The position numbers and the translations under genes are program-made. Shown here piece by piece: positions 16,151 to 22,766 of a DNA stretch of 29,529 nucleotides; the stretch's first letter is position 1, and each line of letters starts with the position of its first letter. The notes beneath the pieces were generated by a model. That model was not told where the DNA came from. It was given only the letters and a program-made list of their open reading frames with translations, and made no database searches. The DNA lies in IMG/VR virus record IMGVR_UViG_3300020045_001466, positions 1-29,529 of that record. One strand, written 5' to 3'. The stretch is from a virus (lineage: Duplodnaviria > Caudoviricetes).

Positions 16151-16705
16151 ATGATTAAAGAAGCAATGAAGCGGATTGCTAGTGAGCCAGACGATTCTGA
16201 CATTAATCAGATTCGCGAAGCTAACGCGCAAGTGCAATATGAAACTTGGACGCCACTAGCCAAGCAAGAGCAGGGTGAGCCTGTGGGCATGACGCAGGTT
16301 TACCGCTGCAAGATCAAATCACGCAAGCAAATCGACCGAGAAATTCCGCGCGAAAAGCAGGGATGGTGGGCTGATATTTCCGCTGGCCAACTTATTCGCC
16401 TGCGAGAAGCCACGCAAGCAGACCTAGACAGATGCACGTTGAATGGGGAGCACAGCAAAAACCCCGCAGACTATATGTGCGAGACGCATACGAACGGCTC
16501 ACTGGTGTCTAAGGTTGCGCTTGAATACATGAACCCAGAGCAGAATGTATTTGCATCCACCACACCACAACAACGCAAGCCGCTGACGGATGAGCAGATT
16601 GAGGAAATCTGGGGAAATACGCCGATGATGCTTAACGCACACAACAACCGCACACGAATCGTTTTTGCCAGAGCAATCGAAGCCGCCCACGGCATTAAGG
16701 AGTAA
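16151..16705 (+). CDS. Modular hypothetical protein 4
   Basis: AAGGAG RBS; carries all four block types. Confidence 0.75.
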   Translation: MIKEAMKRIASEPDDSDINQIREANAQVQYETWTPLAKQEQGEPVGMTQVYRCKIKSRKQIDREIPREKQGWWADISAGQLIRLREATQADLDRCTLNGEHSKNPADYMCETHTNGSLVSKVALEYMNPEQNVFASTTPQQRKPLTDEQIEEIWGNTPMMLNAHNNRTRIVFARAIEAAHGIKE

Positions 16706-16708
16706 GAC

Positions 16709-16900
16709 ATGACCCCAGCCCGCGAACAATTCGAAAAACTGTACGGCCACCTTGGCCTTGCCACATCAGACGCCGCGTGGTTTGTTTTTCTATCCGGATG
16801 GAACTGCGCACTAGAGCAGACCGCCAAGAACTTCGAGCGCTTGCCATTTGGTGACACAGCGACAAGCACAGCCACATACATCAGAAACAACAAAGAATAA
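16709..16900 (+). CDS. Hypothetical protein
   Basis: AAGGAG RBS; GWNCALE...PFGDTA.S motif. Confidence 0.7.
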   Translation: MTPAREQFEKLYGHLGLATSDAAWFVFLSGWNCALEQTAKNFERLPFGDTATSTATYIRNNKE

Positions 16901-16904
16901 TCAC

Positions 16905-17168
16905 ATGACCATCATCAACGCATTTCACCCAGACTACGTGCAGACATACATGCCACAATTTTTGTCCACCATCAGAGCCGAAGGCATCCAGCAAGCCAAC
17001 GGGTCAAAGTACGGCTCAAGGGCCAAGGCAACGCGCGAATCAGCAGACAAGGCAGTGTTTACCATCGCCACATTTCCAAAGACACAACGCGTCAGCCTTG
17101 CGCCAAAAGAAATCATGTACTACAGCAAAGCAGGCACGGCCAACACAACAAAGAAGAAAAAGAAATGA
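16905..17168 (+). CDS. Hypothetical basic protein
   Basis: MTIINAFHPDYV...; follows the upstream stop by 4 nt. Confidence 0.6.
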   Translation: MTIINAFHPDYVQTYMPQFLSTIRAEGIQQANGSKYGSRAKATRESADKAVFTIATFPKTQRVSLAPKEIMYYSKAGTANTTKKKKK

Positions 17169-17290
17169 GCGAAGAATTAAAAAGCCTGCTGACGTTGATC
17201 GGGTTGATCTTCGTTGCAGCAGGCCTTGTGGTTTTTGTATTGTGCTGGCTACTTACCAGAGACATCTACAACCACGACGATCAAGCGTAA
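17165..17290 (+). CDS. Small single-TM protein (41 aa)
   Basis: MSEELKSLLTLIGLIFVAAGLVVFVLCWLL...; ATGA overlap; converges on the endolysin gene with a 10 bp overlap. Confidence 0.55.
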   Translation: MSEELKSLLTLIGLIFVAAGLVVFVLCWLLTRDIYNHDDQA

Positions 17291-17751
17291 GCGCGTGTGC
17301 CTTGCTTGTCGATGATGAGCTTTGACTTCTTGGGCACGTCGCTCTCATTGGTGGTGATGGCCACATGCGTCCAGCGGTCAAACTCGCGAATCACTTGCTG
17401 GTAAGGCAGCTCGCTTGCAATGATCGCCTTCACCACTTCGTCCGGCGTCATGCCAGGCACGCGAATGTCAGCAGCACAACCACGACGGTGGTCGCTGGTG
17501 TTCTTTGAGCCGACAGCAGTGTTTACAGCCTCAGAGCGAAACGCGCTGTTCACCATGATGGGCTTGCCACCCAAGATGACCTTCAACTGCTCCAAGAAGT
17601 TCGCCAGGCGTGGCAGGTTCTCATAGGCGTTCACAAGCACCTCCTTGCCGTCAATGATGCACTTCTCAGTGGTCGTTGGCGTATTGTCCAGCTCGCGGTG
17701 ATCTGTGTGCGTTAACTCTTCGAGCGTGAAGTGTGGGGTTAAGTTTGTCAT
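17281..17751 (-). CDS. Endolysin, peptidase M15A-like
   Basis: LTPHFTLEEL, VNSAFRS..VN.AVG....SDH..GCAADI, WTHV Zn-peptidase motifs. Confidence 0.88.
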   Translation of the reverse strand: MTNLTPHFTLEELTHTDHRELDNTPTTTEKCIIDGKEVLVNAYENLPRLANFLEQLKVILGGKPIMVNSAFRSEAVNTAVGSKNTSDHRRGCAADIRVPGMTPDEVVKAIIASELPYQQVIREFDRWTHVAITTNESDVPKKSKLIIDKQGTRAYA

Positions 17752-18197
17752 TTGCGGCTCTCCATTACTTTCTCAACAGTGCGACCACCGAAGTAGGCGG
17801 TCATTACGATCATGCCCCACTGACCTAGCAGGTTCACGTAGGACTCGGCGATTCGGAATCCAAAGCCATCTGCCACCGCCATCAGGATGAAGGCAGACAA
17901 GATGTAGATCAGAGTCATTGGCCGGATATTTTTAGACAGCCACGAATCGCTGGCCATGTCAGCCTGCCAACGTTCGCTGACGGCCTTTGTTTCAGCTTCA
18001 AACGCACGCGTGTCAATCTCTTTGAGTTTGAGCGCCAGCTCCGGATTTGCCTCCAGAGCCTTAGTCACCTCACCAATTGACGCAGGTACGCCGAGCTTGT
18101 CAGCAATGGCCTTCACAGCCATGCCACCCATAGGGCCAGCCACCGCAGTGGCCAGCGCTGGGGCTGCGCTCTTCAACAGATTAAGAAGGCTGTCCAT
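17748..18197 (-). CDS. Holin (GTA-type 3TM holin-like)
   Basis: APALATAVAGP, RWQADMASDSWLSKNIRP, AYFGGRTVEK; directly upstream of the endolysin. Confidence 0.75.
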   Translation of the reverse strand: MDSLLNLLKSAAPALATAVAGPMGGMAVKAIADKLGVPASIGEVTKALEANPELALKLKEIDTRAFEAETKAVSERWQADMASDSWLSKNIRPMTLIYILSAFILMAVADGFGFRIAESYVNLLGQWGMIVMTAYFGGRTVEKVMESRK

Positions 18198-18504
18198 CGT
18201 CCGGATTTCCAACGATTGCGTGCGCAATGGCGGCAGTGGCCTTGCGACCAGAGATACCACCCAATGTGCCCACACCCATGAAGGCGATGGCTTTCAGGAT
18301 TTCCAAGAAGATGGCGTCGATCGGAGCCAAGTCTTCTGATTGCACCTCAAACGCGATGGCGTACAAAACACCAAACGCAATGACCATCACCATGATCGTG
18401 ATTGAGCGAACCACGAAGGCCCACACTTGCACCTCAACCTCTTCGACGGTTGGCTTTGGCCGATTGATACGTGCCTCGATGATTTTCAGTAATAGCTCTT
18501 TCAC
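18181..18504 (-). CDS. Two-TM membrane protein in the lysis region
   Basis: Two hydrophobic helices; AAGGAG-like RBS; GTGA overlap. Confidence 0.7.
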   Translation of the reverse strand: MKELLLKIIEARINRPKPTVEEVEVQVWAFVVRSITIMVMVIAFGVLYAIAFEVQSEDLAPIDAIFLEILKAIAFMGVGTLGGISGRKATAAIAHAIVGNPDDGQPS

Positions 18505-18725
18505 TCCTTGCCTTTCTCGGTGTTTTCCACCGTCTTCAATAAACGCTCGAGCTTCTCTCTCTCTTCGCGCAAAACCAATGCAGCCTTGTTCAACTCACGA
18601 CGATCGCGTGTGCGCTCAGCATCTTGAACTGCAAACTTAAACAGACCCCAGAAAATGACCGTGCCAAAGCACATGACCAGCAAGCCAAGAAACACAATCA
18701 CGCCAAGGTTGTCAGGTTTAGACAT
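18501..18725 (-). CDS. Protein with an N-terminal TM segment and a coiled coil
   Basis: MSKPDN, hydrophobic stretch, then an R/E-rich helix. Confidence 0.65.
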   Translation of the reverse strand: MSKPDNLGVIVFLGLLVMCFGTVIFWGLFKFAVQDAERTRDRRELNKAALVLREEREKLERLLKTVENTEKGKE

Positions 18726-19467
18726 TCGCAATGATACCAATCAACAACCAAAAGTAGGCCACCATGAGCAGCAGGAAAAACACCGTCACGTTGCGGTCAA
18801 TGCGGTCGTTGCGCTCTCGGTGCTGTCTCGCCACCAGCGCAGCACGCTCACGTTTCTGCTTCATCTGACGAGCCGCTTGCCCGACCTTCACCTTGTCCTG
18901 CATCTCTTTGAACTGCGACCAGATCGGCCCAAGCTGCCATGGCGCATTGCTGGTCATCAGTGTCATCAACGCTGGGTAAGCGGCATCCACTTCGACCTGC
19001 AACTGCGTTAGCTCCAGCACTTCCTTCTGGTCGATCACGTCCTTGCCAAAAACTTCTGCGTAGCGCTTCTCGGTGTACGACTTCAGGAAAGCGTACTTGT
19101 CGAACCACTCGCCAACGTGCCCGATGAACTGCTGCACGACTTCGTCTTGAGTGGGGATGTGGTCGATGTACTCATCTTTGGCGCTGGATTTTTTCGCTGG
19201 TAATTTGGCTGGCTGGGCGGCGGCTTCATGCTGCTTGGCGACAGCGCTTTGATTAGGTTTTGCAGGCGCACCAAGTAAAGATTTGATCCACCCCCAAATG
19301 CCGGTGACTTCTGCATAAATCTTCTTAGCGTCAGCAACCCCGCCTTCCACGGTTTTCTTGACGCGCTGAATTTCGACAGAGCCTTCACGCAGGCAATCGC
19401 AGCAGTACTGAATGCCGCTATACGCAGCACGCATTGCTTGCAAAGCCAGCATGATCTCTGGCCCCAC
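18718..19467 (-). CDS. Hypothetical protein with a C-terminal TM anchor (249 aa)
   Basis: Long ORF packed in the operon; ends VTVFFLLLMVAYFWLLIGIIANV. Confidence 0.75.
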   Translation of the reverse strand: MGPEIMLALQAMRAAYSGIQYCCDCLREGSVEIQRVKKTVEGGVADAKKIYAEVTGIWGWIKSLLGAPAKPNQSAVAKQHEAAAQPAKLPAKKSSAKDEYIDHIPTQDEVVQQFIGHVGEWFDKYAFLKSYTEKRYAEVFGKDVIDQKEVLELTQLQVEVDAAYPALMTLMTSNAPWQLGPIWSQFKEMQDKVKVGQAARQMKQKRERAALVARQHRERNDRIDRNVTVFFLLLMVAYFWLLIGIIANV

Positions 19468-19468
19468 A

Positions 19469-19675
19469 TCAGAGGCCGATCAGCTTCTTGAAGAACTCAG
19501 CAGCAGCACCAGGGCCGAGAAGCACAGCAGCCAACACCGCATAGATCAGATACTGCATCTTGTCCATACGCTCAGCGCCCTTATCAAGACGGTCGCTGAT
19601 GGTTTCATAGCGTTGCGCACAGACAGCCTCATGAGTATCTAGACGGGCTGCTGTTACTGAAATCATGTCGGTCAT
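19469..19675 (-). CDS. Small coiled-coil plus TM protein (XhlA/holin-like)
   Basis: HEAVCAQRYE...IYAVLAAVLLGPG; GGAG RBS. Confidence 0.7.
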   Translation of the reverse strand: MTDMISVTAARLDTHEAVCAQRYETISDRLDKGAERMDKMQYLIYAVLAAVLLGPGAAAEFFKKLIGL

Positions 19676-19706
19676 CGGTTACTCCGCTGTTGGTTCGTCT
19701 GCAGGC

Positions 19707-20159
19707 TCAGGCGTGTTGATTGCCATTGGCATGGTATCTAGCCCATTGCGCCAAAGATGCTTGTCTGATTTTTTCGCGTGTTTCATCTGACCAAATCCTT
19801 TTCTTTCCTGCTTCGGCAATCTTTGCCTTTGTTTCATCTGACAGTTTCCTGCCTTGACCCATGCCTTTTTTGGCCTTTGGGGGAAAGCCACCTCCAAGTG
19901 TTGCGTTCCAGCCAATAAAGTCGGATGGTCTAAGTTTCTTTTCTATGTCCAAACAATAATCTTTGTCTGAAATCAGAATCACCTCTTTGACCAAATTGTC
20001 CCAACCATATTTAGCAATAGCGTTTTTCATGTGCAAATTGCTAGGCTTTGTGCAATGATGCCTCCAGCGCTCTTTTGGTTTATTGGAGATGCCAACATAC
20101 CCCTGACTAAATATGTCAGTGTGTTCTTGATGACGAATCCAATAAACGCTAACCATCAT
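19707..20159 (-). CDS. GIY-YIG homing endonuclease with NUMOD3-like DNA-binding repeats
   Basis: SVYWI...GYVGIS...RWRHH, AIAKYGWDN, GWN..LGG, then SDETKAKI and SDETREKI. Confidence 0.85.
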   Translation of the reverse strand: MMVSVYWIRHQEHTDIFSQGYVGISNKPKERWRHHCTKPSNLHMKNAIAKYGWDNLVKEVILISDKDYCLDIEKKLRPSDFIGWNATLGGGFPPKAKKGMGQGRKLSDETKAKIAEAGKKRIWSDETREKIRQASLAQWARYHANGNQHA

Positions 20160-20311
20160 TCATCCGCTGGCAAAGGTTCGTTTCCAAGTTCCAGCCATTT
20201 CAAATAGGCTTGGTCTTGATCTGTGCAAGTAAGACGGCACAACCCATCATCGTCAATGCGAGCAAGTATTTGAACACCATCAATGTTTTTGTGAAGTAAT
20301 TTGTAAATCAT
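20156..20311 (-). CDS. Small tail-fibre-associated protein (51 aa)
   Basis: MIYKLLHKNIDG...QAYLKWLELGNEPLPADE; ATGA overlap with the fibre stop; not in the ORF track. Confidence 0.7.
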   Translation of the reverse strand: MIYKLLHKNIDGVQILARIDDDGLCRLTCTDQDQAYLKWLELGNEPLPADE

Positions 20312-21852
20312 AATTCTGCGCTCCAACCAAGATAACCAGTAGTTCCGTTGCTTAATAGAGATGCCGCGCCTAGCGTCAAAACAGCCCCGAGCGACATTTG
20401 AACGGCAGCAGCGTTTTTACCAGCGGTTACAAATAAAGGTACGCCAGTACAGTTTGCCGCTGTATTTGAATACGCAATCGCATAATTTGAAGCGGTTCCA
20501 GACTGTTCCAATGATGTAGGCGATGCCCTCATTTCAACTGGAAAATGAATAGTTCCGGCTGCTGTGTTTGTCGCGTTATTTAAAGCAGTAGCGATGTAAT
20601 AACCGCCAGTCATTCGGTAGTAATACCGCTGACACAAAGCCAACTCAGTCCCATACGGGCGGTAATCAAACGATGTGGCTGTGCTGCCTTTTTCTAGTTG
20701 AACGCCTGTGATGTAGAAGGTGGCTCCAGAAGCAGAGCCAAGAGAATTTGCTCCTGTTGCTCCAACATAGAACCCTGATGCCCAAGAGCCAGCCGTGGTT
20801 CTGTTAGATGACCCGCTGCCAAGATCAAAATACAAACGAATACCTGTACTGTTTGTTTTCAACCAAGTACCTGATGTATCGCCAACAATCGTAACGGTCT
20901 TCTGCTCCCACGTATTTGCGGAACTTATATTGAATGTAAACGCATAGCTACGATCTGCCGCACCGTTTCCTAGAGCGCCGCTAAACGTACCAGTCAATGA
21001 GCTACGCACCCAAAATGACAACGTAACTGTCGATGCGCCAGCAGTCCCCCACGCTAAATCAGCACAGTTTAAACCTTCGATAAACTGACCTAGATAAAAG
21101 AACTCTGATGCACCTGATGTAAAAGTAGCCAAAGATGTAGCGCCGAGATAGTTCACGAAACCTGTGGGTGGCGTTACTGATCCTGCGTTTTGTTGAGCTG
21201 TCAGCTTAGATGTTTGAGATGCAAAGCCGAAAAAGCGATCAACTGTGTACGTATTAGCTGTATTTACCAACGCAACACTAGCACCCGCATTACGCTGGTC
21301 AATCATCATTGCACCATTGATGATGCGGTTTTTCATTGCGTTTGTGCCGTTGTTTGCGGCAATTGCAGCAAGCGCGGCATTAAACGCTTGAACGTCAACT
21401 CCGATTTCAACGCCAAGGTTGTCTCGCGCTGTCGCTGTACTTGCAAGTCCAGAGAGATTGCCAGCCTTCGTCAACAAAGATGCAGGATCAATTGACGCAG
21501 CAGAAGCTGCGGCAGCGTCGGCCGAGGCGTCAGCAGCAATGGCGCTCAAGTTTGCAGCATAAGCAGACGCGTAAGCAAGGTTTGCGCTTGTCGCAGCTTC
21601 ACCAGCCTTAGTTGTTGCAATGCCTGCTTGTGTAGTTGCCGTGCCAGCTGCTGTGGTAGCAATACCAGCCTGAGTAGTTGCCGTTGCTGCATCGGCATCA
21701 GCAGCAGCTGCGTCTGCATCAACGGCAGCTGCGGTTGCGTTTGCAGCCGTACCCCAGTCATCAAGAGCGGCAACGAAGGCAAACGCCTTCGCATTAAATT
21801 GTTCTGGCGAGTCGCCTAACGCTGGTGCGTCTGGTAGTGCTGGGATTGTCAT
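20308..21852 (-). CDS. Tail fibre / receptor-binding protein
   Basis: Ala/Thr-rich N-terminal shaft (TATTQAGIATT repeats), ARDNLG, then a KNRIING..IDQR...GVQLEKGSTATSF..R..GTELALCQRYY head. Confidence 0.85.
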   Translation of the reverse strand: MTIPALPDAPALGDSPEQFNAKAFAFVAALDDWGTAANATAAAVDADAAAADADAATATTQAGIATTAAGTATTQAGIATTKAGEAATSANLAYASAYAANLSAIAADASADAAAASAASIDPASLLTKAGNLSGLASTATARDNLGVEIGVDVQAFNAALAAIAANNGTNAMKNRIINGAMMIDQRNAGASVALVNTANTYTVDRFFGFASQTSKLTAQQNAGSVTPPTGFVNYLGATSLATFTSGASEFFYLGQFIEGLNCADLAWGTAGASTVTLSFWVRSSLTGTFSGALGNGAADRSYAFTFNISSANTWEQKTVTIVGDTSGTWLKTNSTGIRLYFDLGSGSSNRTTAGSWASGFYVGATGANSLGSASGATFYITGVQLEKGSTATSFDYRPYGTELALCQRYYYRMTGGYYIATALNNATNTAAGTIHFPVEMRASPTSLEQSGTASNYAIAYSNTAANCTGVPLFVTAGKNAAAVQMSLGAVLTLGAASLLSNGTTGYLGWSAEL

Positions 21853-22766
21853 GTAAGACCCTCAAGTTCAAGTGTGCAGTCAGAATGCGTTGGGTACGAG
21901 ATCGAAACTTGGAAGTCCTTGTAGATCCCGAAAATGATCGTTGACTCGTAATCTCCGTGGCCAATCCATAAGCATGGAGTTGCACGCACGTCGGCTAAAT
22001 ACGAAACTGTCGAATCCACATCTTTCTTTTCCAGTAGCATACCAAAACTGGCACGCTTTGAAAAGGCTCGACGAACCAATACTGTGTCGCCAAACTCATT
22101 TGTCTCTTTGCGCGAGTAGTCCTGAATACCGACGTTTGCGCCGAGATTGACACCAAGTCCAATGCTTCGGATCTGGCCAAACAGGATCACACCAACCGAC
22201 ATCTCGCCACCGCCGGTCAGGTCAATCAAAATATCGGCCTCTGGGTACGAAGGTAGATCTGCTTGAACAGACAATTCAGCAACCGATCGAATGCTAAAAA
22301 ACCATTCCCACCAGCCAACAATATCGGGATGCGACAAAAGCTGCGTCGTTTTGTCGTAAACCGTGCCATAAGTCGGATCGATCATGCGCACTCGAACCGT
22401 GTCAACGCCCGTCATATTCAGCACTGACACGTTGTTCACGACCAAGCCAGGTGTGATCCTGTAGCTGATTGTGTCGGCCTGTGTGGTTTGAGTGCTGTTG
22501 GATGTGTCGAAGACTTTCCAGCGGTTTGTCGGGCCAACTTCGACCCACCAAGTCAATGCGGTTACTGGGTCGTGATTCGTGTTCGATGACTGGAGCGACT
22601 CGTAAACCTTGTGTGTGCTTGTCAAAATCACACGAGCGCCAACGGCATAGGTAGTTCCACTAGACCATGCTGCGTAGTCATCTTCAGGCACGTTGGACGA
22701 CACCAGCATGGCTGTAGTCATCGTAAATGGCTTTACGACTTTCAGTGCATACGTTGCTGCTGTCAT
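21849..22766 (-). CDS. Distal tail / tail-tip protein with a small carbohydrate-binding-like motif
   Basis: Lies between tape measure and fibre; WSSGTTYAVGARV...YESL motif; DYSRKETNEFG. Confidence 0.7.
   Translation of the reverse strand: MTAATYALKVVKPFTMTTAMLVSSNVPEDDYAAWSSGTTYAVGARVILTSTHKVYESLQSSNTNHDPVTALTWWVEVGPTNRWKVFDTSNSTQTTQADTISYRITPGLVVNNVSVLNMTGVDTVRVRMIDPTYGTVYDKTTQLLSHPDIVGWWEWFFSIRSVAELSVQADLPSYPEADILIDLTGGGEMSVGVILFGQIRSIGLGVNLGANVGIQDYSRKETNEFGDTVLVRRAFSKRASFGMLLEKKDVDSTVSYLADVRATPCLWIGHGDYESTIIFGIYKDFQVSISYPTHSDCTLELEGLT

Larger units (their letters stand above)
14932..16712 (+). repeat. Interspersed intragenic direct-repeat blocks
   Basis: 41 bp identical at 14932/15333; 42 bp with 1 mismatch at 16003/16558; 34 bp with 1 mismatch at 16121/16679; CTAGCCAAGCAAGAGCA at 15067/15441/16256. 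Confidence 0.9.

Noticed and set aside
14932-16712. Repeated blocks as DGR template/variable repeats or a CRISPR array
   Set aside because: No reverse transcriptase in the window; blocks are short, in frame and of four different types; too few mismatches to show adenine-specific mutagenesis.
19679-19915. 78-aa ORF as an independent gene
   Set aside because: Mostly an alternate frame of the GIY-YIG gene; only the last 12 codons look meaningful, as a gene remnant.
19707-20159. Group I intron around the GIY-YIG ORF
   Set aside because: The ORF abuts the flanking coding sequence on both sides, leaving no room for a ribozyme core, and the upstream gene ends with its own stop.
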